Source: a bacterium (GTDB lineage: Bacteria > Margulisbacteria > Marinamargulisbacteria > SXXA01 > JAHFDB01). Taken from it: 64,000 bases of DNA. The notes beneath the pieces are model-generated. The model was not told the origin of the DNA, ran no database searches, and saw nothing but the letters and a program-made list of their open reading frames with translations. Positions 53,437 to 63,763 of this stretch are shown in pieces; the first letter of the stretch is position 1, and the number at the start of each line of letters is the position of its first letter. The stretch spans positions 13,911 to 77,910 of the forward strand of contig JAHFDB010000002.1 of the NCBI GenBank assembly GCA_023249195.1. The letters run 5' to 3'. Position numbers and translations under genes: made by a program.

Positions 53437-54264
53437 TTAATGGCGAAACAATGTGACCAAATAAATAGCACTGGATATCACAATAATCAAAGGCCCAGAA
53501 GGCAGATTTAAAAAAGCAGACATCCAAATTCCTGAAGTTGTAGCAATGGCACCCAGCAAAACCGCTAAACCCATCATGGTTTTAAGATCTTGAGTCACGT
53601 TTCTGGCAGAAGCCGCCGGCAAAGTCAAAAGGGCTATCACCAAAATAATCCCTACAGCCTTCAATAAAATCACTGTTGTCAGTGTAATCAGTTCTAACAA
53701 AAATACATACAAACGCGAAACAGGCAAATTCAATACTTTCGCGTAAGTTTCATCAAAAGTAATGGCACGGAGGGGATAAAAAAACACGACCACCCCCGAC
53801 ACCACCACCACATCCAGAATGGCCACAACCACTAAATCGGCATGTGACACCAATAAAATATTGCCAAACATATAACTAAACAAATCGCCCACATATCCTT
53901 GACTCAAAGAAATACACAAAATTCCAATCGCCATTCCCAAGGACCAAATAACCCCTATCAAGGTATCTTCTTGTTGCTTAAACCGCTCTTTAACAACACC
54001 GACCAACAAAGCCGTCACCATCCCAAAACCCGTCGCCCCTAACAGGGTGTTAAATCCTAATAAATAGCTCAGCCCAATCCCCCCAAAAGCCGAATGTGCA
54101 ATGCTGCCAGAAATAAAAGAAATGCGCTTCACAACCACATAAGACCCAATCACGCCACAAGCAACACTGCATAACAACCCCATCAAGAGCGCATGTTGAA
54201 AAAATACAAACTGGAACAACTCACTCATGCGCGTGTAAAACCCGATGAGGAACCCCGTGTGCAA
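53437..54264 (-). CDS. metal (Zn/Mn) ABC transporter permease, ABC-3 family (ZnuB/MntB-like)
   Basis: 275 aa with eight TM helices. Confidence 0.8.
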   Translation of the reverse strand: MHTGFLIGFYTRMSELFQFVFFQHALLMGLLCSVACGVIGSYVVVKRISFISGSIAHSAFGGIGLSYLLGFNTLLGATGFGMVTALLVGVVKERFKQQEDTLIGVIWSLGMAIGILCISLSQGYVGDLFSYMFGNILLVSHADLVVVAILDVVVVSGVVVFFYPLRAITFDETYAKVLNLPVSRLYVFLLELITLTTVILLKAVGIILVIALLTLPAASARNVTQDLKTMMGLAVLLGAIATTSGIWMSAFLNLPSGPLIIVISSAIYLVTLFRH

Positions 54265-54973
54265 TCAATTCCACAGGACATCCATAGGTAGCTTCTAAAT
54301 CATGTGCACAAAGCTCTTTAGAATCGTGATAAATTAACTTTTGATTCAAACAAGCCACCTTTTTAACCAGTTGAGACACCGCCGAAATATCATGAGACAC
54401 CATTAAAATCGCCATCTTTTCATTTAAAATTTTAAGAAGTTCATAAAAGGCCCGTTCCGCTTGAGGATCTACACTCGAAGTAGGCTCATCTAAAATAAGC
54501 AGCCGAGGGCCATTCAACAAGGCTCTTGCAATAAATACACGCTGCCTTTCTCCTCCGGACAAATCAGACAAGGCCCTATTTTGAAGAGGCAATACCCCCA
54601 CCAAATCTAAGCACTCACAGGCCTCTTCACGGTCTTTTTGAGTAACACGATGCCAAAGATTTCCCAACAGCCTACTGGTTAAAACAACATCCAAAACTTT
54701 GATCGGATACTGAGCGTCCATGGTACTGGCCTGGGATAAATACCCCACATGACGCCGACCTTTTTCTGGAGGTTCGTTAAACAACAACACGTGGCCCTTA
54801 TCGGGCTGTATTAAACCCATAATCAGTTGAACAAGAGTCGATTTTCCCCCCCCATTAGGACCAATAATCGCCACAAAATCTAAGGGCATCATAGAAAAGC
54901 ACACATCGATCAAAGCCGGTTTTTTGCCATAGGCATACTCAACATGAGAAAGAAAAAGAATAGGATCCTGCAT
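54221..54973 (-). CDS. metal ABC transporter ATP-binding protein (ZnuC/MntA-like)
   Basis: Walker A GPNGGGKST and signature LSGGERQRV. Start chosen at MQDPILF, just after the ROK gene stop. The tracked ORF extends to 55009. Confidence 0.8.
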   Translation of the reverse strand: MQDPILFLSHVEYAYGKKPALIDVCFSMMPLDFVAIIGPNGGGKSTLVQLIMGLIQPDKGHVLLFNEPPEKGRRHVGYLSQASTMDAQYPIKVLDVVLTSRLLGNLWHRVTQKDREEACECLDLVGVLPLQNRALSDLSGGERQRVFIARALLNGPRLLILDEPTSSVDPQAERAFYELLKILNEKMAILMVSHDISAVSQLVKKVACLNQKLIYHDSKELCAHDLEATYGCPVELIAHGVPHRVLHAHE

Positions 54974-54977
54974 AAGT

Positions 54978-55922
54978 TCAAGCATACGAAGATGAAGGAT
55001 AGGCGTCAACGTTATACATTCCTAAAAAGGGTGCTGTTTCCCTATTCGGAACAGAAAAAAGCCTAAATCTGGTTTCTATTTTTTTTAGAAACATAGCCGA
55101 AAATGGGGTGTTCGAGCCCAAACTTCCTCCCATTAAAAAATGAGTGGTCCCCTTAACACGGGCACACTCCGGCTCAGACCAGTTGTTGTCAGCAGATATT
55201 TTCTGAATATGGCCCTCAAACAGTTTCTCTAAAAGCTGCTCCAAATACCCCGCCATTTCCAAAATATAAGGATGATCAAGGGGAGCGTCTTGAGCCAAAA
55301 CCCCTGTTTTTTCAAAAAAAGCCCTTCCTGAAATTAAGTCTTCCGCAGACTGCCATCGACCTTGAGAATTCTGCAAAGCAATATCGTAAATATGTCCATC
55401 GGTGTACACCTCAATGTCACCATGGGCCTGTACCGTCGCAAATCCGCCCCCTAAACCCGTTCCTGGCCCAACATAGCCCCACTTTCCTGGAACAGCCCCC
55501 TCTTTGAGCTGAGTCAACCCCCCCTTCATCTGGGCAATGGCATCATTCTCAATCTTTACAACCCACTTTTTCGGAAAAATAGGCCCTAAAAAAACGGCCA
55601 TATCGAGATTATCAAATTCCGTTTCGAAACTTTCGAGATTTCTAGCAGATCCCCTAGAAATAATATGTCGAGAAGGCCCGATTAATTTACCAGGAGTAGC
55701 GATTCCTACTTGAGGAAAAAATTCCCACCCGCGTGCCTTTACAACCCTCCCCGCCTCTATAAAAAGGGCCTGAATAGACCCCCAAAGAGCCTCTTTACCC
55801 TTATGTGTTACAGAGGTATCCCCGTACAAAACCCGACCCTCCCCACACAAAGCCCAACGAATTTTGGTACCTCCAATATCCACGCCTAAAAACACCTTGG
55901 TTTTGTTAAGAAAAGTTGTCAT
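54978..55922 (-). CDS. ROK-family sugar kinase (glucokinase/N-acetylglucosamine kinase-like)
   Basis: N-terminal LGVDIGGTKIR ATPase motif. Start at MTTFLN. The tracked ORF extends to 55967. Confidence 0.7.
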   Translation of the reverse strand: MTTFLNKTKVFLGVDIGGTKIRWALCGEGRVLYGDTSVTHKGKEALWGSIQALFIEAGRVVKARGWEFFPQVGIATPGKLIGPSRHIISRGSARNLESFETEFDNLDMAVFLGPIFPKKWVVKIENDAIAQMKGGLTQLKEGAVPGKWGYVGPGTGLGGGFATVQAHGDIEVYTDGHIYDIALQNSQGRWQSAEDLISGRAFFEKTGVLAQDAPLDHPYILEMAGYLEQLLEKLFEGHIQKISADNNWSEPECARVKGTTHFLMGGSLGSNTPFSAMFLKKIETRFRLFSVPNRETAPFLGMYNVDAYPSSSYA

Positions 55923-56020
55923 AGATACTGGCCATTCTAGTGCAAAACTCAAAACTTTTGTAATCACAATAATAATTTACTGGGTTTAATAATTAAGAAA
56001 AAACGGTATACTATTCAGCT

Positions 56021-56245
56021 ATGAAAATAAGTATCAATTTCAGCAAAAAGAATATTCAACAAGTTCAATCCCTTTGGTCTCAAATGTACGTTGTGAAAGC
56101 AACTCTAGAAAACAAGCTCAAGGAAGCCTATCTTCTTGAGGTAGATCCGGTAAAAGAAACTTTTAACTTAGTACCTGCATCTGAAGCTTTTTCTTTCAAT
56201 TTTCCAATCTCTTTTACGTATCCCCATAAAGATTTTGAAAAATAA
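56021..56245 (+). CDS. hypothetical protein (74 aa)
   Basis: Translationally coupled (TAATG) to the next ORF. Confidence 0.4.
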   Translation: MKISINFSKKNIQQVQSLWSQMYVVKATLENKLKEAYLLEVDPVKETFNLVPASEAFSFNFPISFTYPHKDFEK

Positions 56246-56664
56246 TGGACAACAAAGAAATTGCCAAAGAAGCAATCGAAAAAAGCGGGATAAAAAGTAA
56301 AATGACCTCTTGGAGTGGGCCCTTACCCCCTCAAATTATCGATAAAATTTCAGATGAAACCGCCAATGAAATGGTTAAGAGCCTTTGCAGGAGACAAGAA
56401 CGTCAAGACGACATTGTTGAAAAACTGATTCAAAGCAAGGAAAATTCAGCAAAACGGAGTGACCATGTAAAACTTATCCTAACACTCGGCAGCATGTGTT
56501 TTATTTTGCTACTAAGCATAGTTTCTCTATTTTTTAATAAATTAGAACTAATAAAAGATATATTTCAAATTTTGGGCTATATAAGCGGTGGCAGTGGGAT
56601 TGCATACATTATTATCAAGAACAAGGATACTAAAGAATCTGAACCCGAAATTACCATTCAATAA
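56245..56664 (+). CDS. hypothetical membrane-anchored protein (139 aa, soluble N-domain plus 2 TM helices)
   Basis: Hydrophobic segments LILTLGSMCFILLLSIVSLFF and ILGYISGGSGIAYIII. Confidence 0.45.
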   Translation: MDNKEIAKEAIEKSGIKSKMTSWSGPLPPQIIDKISDETANEMVKSLCRRQERQDDIVEKLIQSKENSAKRSDHVKLILTLGSMCFILLLSIVSLFFNKLELIKDIFQILGYISGGSGIAYIIIKNKDTKESEPEITIQ

Positions 56665-56679
56665 TCTCAGTAAATAACC

Positions 56680-57423
56680 ATGAATTTACTCGAACTAGTC
56701 CCACACTCACTTGAAGAACTCATTACCCAAGCCAAAGAACTGATTCAAACCATCCCTGAATTAAATGGCATTAATATCCCTGATGTGCTTCGTCTTCCCA
56801 TTCGCAGTCACGATGCGGCACATGCCCTGCTAAAAGAAGGTATTCTGGCCATTCCACATATTCGATGTATCGATCACACCCTTGAAGAGAGCGTAGCCCT
56901 TATCCACTCTCTCATTCAAACAGGGCTAAAGGCCGTTCTTATTGTTTCGGGAGACAAACCCTTAAGCCCCGAGGCACAAACGTTTGATATTTCTCCAGTG
57001 CTTCTGATCAAAACCCTCAAAAAAACCTTCCCTACTTTAAAAGTCTATGCCGCCCTCGACCCTTATCGTCAGTCATTTAAGCAAGAACTCGCCTATTGTC
57101 ATGCAAAAATTCTAGCCGGAGCCGACGGCTTTTTTACCCAACCTTTTTTTGATGTTTCTCTGGCTACACTTTTTTTAGATCAACTGACTCAAACCGAGAT
57201 TTTTTTAGGAATGTCTCCCGTCATGTCTGACAAATCACTGAACTACTGGAAAACCAAGAATATGGCCATTTTCCCCCCCCAATTTCAATTGGATTTAGAC
57301 TGGAACTGCCAACTGGGAGCACGCCTCGTCCAAGTCGCAAAATCCAGAGGCCTTAGCACTTATTTAATGCCCATCACCGTGTCTGCATTAGCCTATGCCA
57401 AAGGGGTCTTTCACCGACCATGA
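56680..57423 (+). CDS. methylenetetrahydrofolate reductase (MetF) family protein, short form
   Basis: IVSGDKP and GADGFFTQPFFD motifs collinear with the MTHFR TIM barrel. 247 aa. Confidence 0.6.
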   Translation: MNLLELVPHSLEELITQAKELIQTIPELNGINIPDVLRLPIRSHDAAHALLKEGILAIPHIRCIDHTLEESVALIHSLIQTGLKAVLIVSGDKPLSPEAQTFDISPVLLIKTLKKTFPTLKVYAALDPYRQSFKQELAYCHAKILAGADGFFTQPFFDVSLATLFLDQLTQTEIFLGMSPVMSDKSLNYWKTKNMAIFPPQFQLDLDWNCQLGARLVQVAKSRGLSTYLMPITVSALAYAKGVFHRP

Positions 57424-60400
57424 CCCCCGCATTTGTACACCTTCACTGTCACACGGAATACTCCCTGCTGGAGGGTGCCATACGCGTACCCGAACTTCTC
57501 AAACAAACCCATGCATTTGGAATGACATCTGTCGCCATTACGGATAGCGGTACCATGCACGGAATTATCGACTTCTATCTCAAAGCAAAATCGATGGGGA
57601 TCAATCCTATTATCGGCTGCGATATGTATCTCACCTCAGATATCACCATCAAAGAACGGGGGCTGAACCGTATTATCTTGCTCTGCAAGGATTATCATGG
57701 GTATCAAAACCTGGTAAAGCTCGTCACTATTTCTCACCTAGAGGGTTTTTATTACAAGCCCAGAATCGACCTCACGCAGCTTGCCAAACATACGAAAGGG
57801 CTTATCGCTATTTCACCCGGACAACGAGGTCCTGTTGGGTTTCACCTTCGCTCAGACGCACTAGAAGAAGCCAAATCCGTAGCAATCCAACTTAAAACCA
57901 TGTACGGATCAGATTTCTATCTTGGGCTTCAACGTCTAGACTTCCCAATGGAAGATATCGTTAATGACGGCTCTGTTGCTTTAGGCAAAGAACTCGATAT
58001 CCCTCTTGTCGCTACAAATGATATTTACTATCTCAAAAAAGAAGAGGCTTTTCTGCGTGAAGTGCTTCATTGCATCCAAACAGGAAAACTTTTACAAGAA
58101 GATATTCGAGCCAAGCTTCAAAGTGAAGAACTCTATTTAAAATCGCCAGAAGACATGTGCGCCCTCTTCGCCGACATTCCAGAAGCCATTTTGAACACCG
58201 TTGCTATCGCCAACAAATGTCACATCGCTATCGAAACCGAGCAGGTAAAACTTCCTCGATTTGAATGCCCAGACAACAAATCAGCAGAAGACTATTTAGA
58301 AGAATTGGTATGGGAAGGCATTCGTAAAAAATACCCCGAAGTCACCCAAGAGATCAAAGACAGAGTCGTATTTGAACTCAATACCATTAAACCCATGCAA
58401 TATGCTCCCTATTTCCTCATTATTTACGATTTTCTACACTTTTGTACAACATCAGGAATTCCCGTAGGCCCAGGCCGAGGATCCGCAGCTGGCTCGATTG
58501 TAGCCTACGCCTTAGATATCACTAAAATCGACCCACTCCGCTATCATCTGCTATTTGAACGATTTCTAAATCCTGAACGGGTCTCTATGCCCGATATTGA
58601 CCTTGATTTTTGCATTCGTCGTCGAGGTGAAGTGATTGACTACATTGTCAAAAAATACGGAACAGACCACGTTTCTCAAATTGCAACCTTTGGTACAATG
58701 GCTGCTCGGGGTGTCATTCGCGACGTTGGGCGAGTTCTCAATGTACCTCTAGCCGATGTTGACCGCATTGCCAAGCTTATTCCCTCGTTTCCTGGCTCTT
58801 ACACCAGTATTCCTGAAGCCTTAGAACAGATTCCCGATCTTAAAAAACTTCAAGACTCTTCAGAAGAAATCAAGCGCCTTCTGTCCATCGGAATCCGGCT
58901 AGAAGGATTTTCAAGGCATACATCGACACATGCTGCGGGAATTGTCATTTCAAGAGACCCCCTCTACACTGTCGTCCCTTTATCAAAAAATGAAGGTCAA
59001 GTCGTCACTCAGTTCTCGATGACTGACCTTGAAAAGGTCGGACTTCTAAAAATGGACATTTTGGGACTCCGCAACCTCACTGTAATGGACGATACGGTCA
59101 AACTGATTAAAACCCTTTATGGCATTGAGTTAGACCTCATAGCGTTCCCCTTCAACGACGAAAAAAGCTACAACATTCTCTGTTCTGGCAACACAATGGG
59201 CATTTTTCAGTTAGAGGGCAGAGGCATGCGTCAGCTCATCAAAGATATGAAACCCAGGGTTTTTGAAGACATCATCGCCATTCTAGCTCTCTATCGTCCC
59301 GGGCCTTTAGGTTCGGGAATGGTCAGCGACTTTATCTCAAACAAATCAGGTAAAACCACCGTTAAATATGACCTGCCTGAACTGGAACCCATTCTCAAAG
59401 AAACCTACGGCCTTATTGTCTACCAAGAACAGGTCATGCAAATCGCTTCGGTGATTGGAGGGTTTACGCTAGGCCAATCCGATATGCTCCGTCGTGCCAT
59501 GGGAAAAAAGAAAAAAGAAGAAATGGACAAGCTCAAAGACAAGTTCTTAGAGGGTGCTCAAGAACGCAAATTCCCCCTAGAAAAAGCCAACCGAATCTTT
59601 GAATTATGCTATAAATTCGCAGAATACGGATTCAACAAGTCACACTCCGCAGCCTATGCACTAATCTCTTACCAAACCGCCTATCTCAAAGCCAATTATC
59701 CTGTCGAATATATGAGCTCGCTCTTATCTAGTATTTTAGGATCTAGTGAACGTGTCTCTGGGTATATCCATGAATGTAAATCGATGGATATTCCTGTACT
59801 GCCTCCAGACGTCAATGAATCCGGAATTAATTTTACGATCGTCAAAAACACCGAAGGCAAAACCGCCATTCGATTCGGTCTAGGTGCCATCAAGAATGTC
59901 GGTGAGGGGGCCATTGAAAGCCTCATAGCCCACCGCATAGAGAAACCCTATACATCACTATTGGACCTGTGTAAAAGAGTCGATTTAAGGCAGGTAAATA
60001 AGCGTGTCATCGAAAGCCTCATTAAAAGCGGGGCATGCGATGCCTTCGGCCCCCGAGCTCAATTGCTCGCCATCTATGAACTCGTTTTAGAACGCGCCCA
60101 GGCCTTTATCAAAGAACGCAATAGCGGGCAATTGGGTCTCTTTGGGACAACTGAAATTGAAGATGATGCCGCTTTTCGAAGCTCGGATTATCCTTACATT
60201 GCAGACAGTGACATCCTTAAAATGGAAAAAGATATGCTAGGACTCTATATTTCCGGCCATCCGTTAGACGCCGTGAAAGAACGTTTTCTCAAGCTCCCCT
60301 TCAATACAGAGGTGCTCAAACCCGAAGACGAAGGAAAATCAGTCACCCTTTTAGGGTTTTTATCTGACTGCAGACGGGTCGTCACCAAAACAAAAAAAGA

Positions 60401-60812
60401 GATGGTCATAGGCACCCTCGAAGATATGTATGGCAGCATTTCCGTCGTCCTCTTTTTTCACCCCAATTTCGACGAAAAAGCCGCCCTATTTACCGATGAC
60501 ACACTCGTCCAAGTACAAGGAAAAGTCCGCCTCAGCCAGGAAGAGCTGTCTATTTCCTGCGACGACATCCAAGCCATCGACAAACATTCCGCCCCTAAAA
60601 AAGTCATGATTGACCCCGAAAACATCGAATCAATGGAAATTTTTCAAACCCTCAAAACCATAGCCACCCAAAACAAAGGCCCCCTCCCTCTTCACTTCCT
60701 ATTTCCAGAAGGAGAAGTCATCGCCCACCCCAAATTCTGGATCTCAGACAAAAAAGAATGCCTCGCCACGATTGAAGAAATTGTAGGAATGGGACATTGT
60801 TGGTTAGCTTAA
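57420..60812 (+). CDS. dnaE: DNA polymerase III subunit alpha
   Basis: 1130 aa with an N-terminal PHP domain (HLHCHTEYSLLEGA), a polymerase core and an OB domain. Confidence 0.95.
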   Translation: MTPAFVHLHCHTEYSLLEGAIRVPELLKQTHAFGMTSVAITDSGTMHGIIDFYLKAKSMGINPIIGCDMYLTSDITIKERGLNRIILLCKDYHGYQNLVKLVTISHLEGFYYKPRIDLTQLAKHTKGLIAISPGQRGPVGFHLRSDALEEAKSVAIQLKTMYGSDFYLGLQRLDFPMEDIVNDGSVALGKELDIPLVATNDIYYLKKEEAFLREVLHCIQTGKLLQEDIRAKLQSEELYLKSPEDMCALFADIPEAILNTVAIANKCHIAIETEQVKLPRFECPDNKSAEDYLEELVWEGIRKKYPEVTQEIKDRVVFELNTIKPMQYAPYFLIIYDFLHFCTTSGIPVGPGRGSAAGSIVAYALDITKIDPLRYHLLFERFLNPERVSMPDIDLDFCIRRRGEVIDYIVKKYGTDHVSQIATFGTMAARGVIRDVGRVLNVPLADVDRIAKLIPSFPGSYTSIPEALEQIPDLKKLQDSSEEIKRLLSIGIRLEGFSRHTSTHAAGIVISRDPLYTVVPLSKNEGQVVTQFSMTDLEKVGLLKMDILGLRNLTVMDDTVKLIKTLYGIELDLIAFPFNDEKSYNILCSGNTMGIFQLEGRGMRQLIKDMKPRVFEDIIAILALYRPGPLGSGMVSDFISNKSGKTTVKYDLPELEPILKETYGLIVYQEQVMQIASVIGGFTLGQSDMLRRAMGKKKKEEMDKLKDKFLEGAQERKFPLEKANRIFELCYKFAEYGFNKSHSAAYALISYQTAYLKANYPVEYMSSLLSSILGSSERVSGYIHECKSMDIPVLPPDVNESGINFTIVKNTEGKTAIRFGLGAIKNVGEGAIESLIAHRIEKPYTSLLDLCKRVDLRQVNKRVIESLIKSGACDAFGPRAQLLAIYELVLERAQAFIKERNSGQLGLFGTTEIEDDAAFRSSDYPYIADSDILKMEKDMLGLYISGHPLDAVKERFLKLPFNTEVLKPEDEGKSVTLLGFLSDCRRVVTKTKKEMVIGTLEDMYGSISVVLFFHPNFDEKAALFTDDTLVQVQGKVRLSQEELSISCDDIQAIDKHSAPKKVMIDPENIESMEIFQTLKTIATQNKGPLPLHFLFPEGEVIAHPKFWISDKKECLATIEEIVGMGHCWLA

Positions 60813-60901
60813 CTATGACATAATTGGGCGCCCGCATTTAAAGCCTAGCCTCTTTTATGGGCTTTTGGTAACCTGGGGTTCTTGGAGCGGTTACGTGACG
60901 T

Positions 60902-61957
60902 TCATAGTTGGATCTCAAATACACATTTTTGTTTCAAAATATCGAAAATCAGCACTTGCCCACCGTCTGTAACAATTGCAATCTCATGATCAGATAGTAA
61001 ATCCCAGTAGATAAACATGGATTTTGCTAAGAATTGAAGCAAAGGTTTTCCATTTTCAAATATTTGATATGAGAAAAAATGTTTAAAATACTCTGTGGCT
61101 ATTGGATTTAGCGTATATATTTTGTCGTTAAACAAAGACTTTATGGGATTATTTCCGTGGGGAGCGCTCATCCAATTTGTTATTGGAGTAAGGTTAAGTG
61201 TTTTTGGATCAATAGAGGCAAACTGAATTTGAAATTCTTTTGGGTGCTCGTAACTTACCAACACCCTGTTTGTACGTGACAGTGTTTCTTCAACGCTAAA
61301 ACCTCTTTGAAGTTTTTTGATAGGAATAGACTTGCTTGTTTTTATATTAAACACACTATGGGCTGGAGGAAAAACATACATCTTTTGGGTCACAAGAATA
61401 GTCTCATTAGTTAGCCAACCACAATATTGACCTTGGATAGCTAATTTTTTAAAGGTCCCGTTCTTAAGATTGAACAGGTAAAAACCACTCTTTGGATCTC
61501 CCTTTGGATATAGCATAAGTGGTCGGCCATTATCTTCTGAAAGTGTTGAATTGTCTTCTTTTTCTCGTCTATCAATAAAAAAAATAAGGTGCTGGTCATC
61601 ATAAGAAATCCCAGTTATCCGAACAACAGAATCATACTTTTGGCTATCTTTAAAAGACAGGGTTACAACCTCCCTTTCTTCCTCATTGGAATTCAATGAT
61701 TTTATGCTTAGTCCATCTATAAAAAACAATGTTTTACTTCTTTTAGAAAATAGGTAGTTTGAACCGAAGCCAAATTCTCCGGAAGGAATAGTTGTAAAAT
61801 GTTTTTTAGGCTCAAACTTCTCAACAGAATAGTTTTGACTAACTTTTGAGACTTTTACAAAACAATCTCGTCCTAACAAGAGTGTTTGAGCCTGAGAATT
61901 ATTCGTTAAAATACAAAAAAAGATTAAACCTACAAAATATTTAATTGGAATCTTCAT
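60902..61957 (-). CDS. secreted hypothetical protein (paralog family 1)
   Basis: Signal peptide MKIPIKYFVGLIFFCILTNNSQA. Its C-terminus is paralogous to the partial ORF at 63764..64000. Confidence 0.6.
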   Translation of the reverse strand: MKIPIKYFVGLIFFCILTNNSQAQTLLLGRDCFVKVSKVSQNYSVEKFEPKKHFTTIPSGEFGFGSNYLFSKRSKTLFFIDGLSIKSLNSNEEEREVVTLSFKDSQKYDSVVRITGISYDDQHLIFFIDRREKEDNSTLSEDNGRPLMLYPKGDPKSGFYLFNLKNGTFKKLAIQGQYCGWLTNETILVTQKMYVFPPAHSVFNIKTSKSIPIKKLQRGFSVEETLSRTNRVLVSYEHPKEFQIQFASIDPKTLNLTPITNWMSAPHGNNPIKSLFNDKIYTLNPIATEYFKHFFSYQIFENGKPLLQFLAKSMFIYWDLLSDHEIAIVTDGGQVLIFDILKQKCVFEIQL

Positions 61958-62284
61958 TAGTTCTGAGGCCCTTTCTTGTATCCCGGATCAAAAAACAATC
62001 GTCTTCCGTTTGGTTGAATTATATATTCTCCATAGTGGAGATGAGTCAAGTAATCTCCCCCAGTATTTCCTATAATACCTAGCTTATCGCCTGCATGGAC
62101 ATGGGATCCGCACCACATAGTCGCTGAGGTTTGGGACCCCTTCCCCAATAATTTGACCATTGGCCCAATAATAAAACTTTGTCAGAGTGTTTTCTTTGCT
62201 GTTGTATACCCTTTGGTGTTTGTGGTCATATCCGTAACATGCCCACGAACTGTTGTCTCTTTGGATCGAGCGTGTCATTTCCAT
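61957..62284 (-). pseudogene. frameshifted M23 (LytM) peptidase-domain remnant
   Basis: M23 core is split over two frames: ...YGYDHKHQ... in 62084..62284 and ...SHVHAGDKLGIIGNTGGDYLTHLHYGE... in 61957..62160. Confidence 0.55.
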
Positions 62285-62910
62285 CCTCTATCCAATTTTA
62301 CTTTCTCTCTATCGAGGATAATTCTATTCTCTTTCTTGTCTGAGTTGGCTTTGAAAAGTTCTTTAGAGATCTCTGCAATGACCAAATCGGTCTCTCCATA
62401 GCTCCCAAATAAAATGTATTTGTTTTTTGCATCAAAAACACAATAGCCTTTTGGCAATCCCATATTATTTTTTTGTAGTTTTTTTACAATGGGTTTCCCA
62501 AATTCTAGCTGAATAGCTGAGAATCGCCCATTTATCGATTCTCTATTCTCATCATTTTGAGTAGTGCCTTTAAAATTGTAATATGAATTTATTTTAGTTA
62601 TTCTTCTCTGGCGGTTTGTTTGAATACGAATAGCCATCAAATTGCCTACTCCGCTCTCGATTATATACTCAGGAAGCCCCTTAAATTCAACTCCTACTTT
62701 AGCCATATTCAAAATTATTTTATCCATGTAATAATCATTGGAAAATCCAGTTTTATTGATTTGTTTCCGTGTTATCGTTGGTTTTCCAAGAGGTTTTTGT
62801 ACTTCTGCATAAAATCTATCGAATTCTGTGGATGATCCAGAAGAAAAAACGCTAGTTGAACATGCAAATACCACTAAAAACAACAGTAAGCCAGAGAGAT
62901 AACATTTCAT
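62275..62910 (-). CDS. putative lipoprotein (paralog family 2)
   Basis: Signal peptide plus a lipobox-like VVFAC|S. 211 aa. Confidence 0.55.
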   Translation of the reverse strand: MKCYLSGLLLFLVVFACSTSVFSSGSSTEFDRFYAEVQKPLGKPTITRKQINKTGFSNDYYMDKIILNMAKVGVEFKGLPEYIIESGVGNLMAIRIQTNRQRRITKINSYYNFKGTTQNDENRESINGRFSAIQLEFGKPIVKKLQKNNMGLPKGYCVFDAKNKYILFGSYGETDLVIAEISKELFKANSDKKENRIILDREKVKLDRGWK

Positions 62911-63167
62911 CGCGCAATCCCAGGATCATAGTATTTCCAACGCCCATTGGATCGCCCTGTATTTCCTATGGTTCCAATAATTTGTCCCACATTCACATGT
63001 TCCCCTACGTTGATGGGACTTTTTGTCCGCATATGCGCATAGAGGCTACATTCATTTTTGTGTTGATCTCGAGTGGTAATGAGCAAGTTTCTAGACTCAT
63101 TTAGAGTGTGCTGCTTAGGTTCCATATTTTTTCCAAATACTGGGCCCAGATTTAATTCCTTTGTCAT
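62907..63167 (-). CDS. degenerate M23 peptidase-domain protein (lacks the HxH zinc ligands; likely inactive or a pseudogene)
   Basis: Central motif SLYAHM...VGEHVNVGQIIGTIGNTGRS. No HxxxD and no HLH. 4-nt overlap with the upstream gene. Confidence 0.5.
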   Translation of the reverse strand: MTKELNLGPVFGKNMEPKQHTLNESRNLLITTRDQHKNECSLYAHMRTKSPINVGEHVNVGQIIGTIGNTGRSNGRWKYYDPGIAR

Positions 63168-63738
63168 AGCTTTTTCTGGCGTTTTTGTTGATAATACTTT
63201 TTGTTATTCTTGCATAAAAATATTGAGATTTATCTCTTCCGGCCAGAAGATATTGATGCCGATATTGAGTATCAATATCTCTGTCCTCATAGGAAAATAC
63301 AATATATCCACCACTTTCCGTCAATTTATCCATAACAACCCGATCAGTTCCTTGATTCAATATCTCAACAAGCCATTTTGGATTAGGGCTTGCAACTTTG
63401 TAATACAAGCAAACTATCTGAATGATATTTTGATTATCTCTAAAAAAACGGATTCCACAGTTTCCATTCTCAAGTAAATACTCGTTATCCCCTAAAAACT
63501 TTTGGCCCAACTCAAGCGCTTTCCCCCCATTTTTTTCTTTGAAAAAAGAATGGAAATCTTCCTTCGTCAAATCCTTGTTTTTCATACCAGACAGCCCTTG
63601 TTTTGATTCTAAAAAGGGAGTGTTTAATTTTCTATAGATATCCTCAATAGTATAATTACCCCCGATAATTTCTGTTGTTTTTGCAAAACAATCCGTTGAA
63701 AAAATCACTACTCCAATAAGCAATATAAAATATTTCAT
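63115..63738 (-). CDS. secreted hypothetical protein (paralog family 2?)
   Basis: Signal peptide MKYFILLIGVVIFSTDCFA. The tracked ORF extends to 63807. Confidence 0.5.
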   Translation of the reverse strand: MKYFILLIGVVIFSTDCFAKTTEIIGGNYTIEDIYRKLNTPFLESKQGLSGMKNKDLTKEDFHSFFKEKNGGKALELGQKFLGDNEYLLENGNCGIRFFRDNQNIIQIVCLYYKVASPNPKWLVEILNQGTDRVVMDKLTESGGYIVFSYEDRDIDTQYRHQYLLAGRDKSQYFYARITKSIINKNARKSYDKGIKSGPSIWKKYGT

Positions 63739-63763
63739 TGTTACTTCCCCTTGAAAGTCTCCC

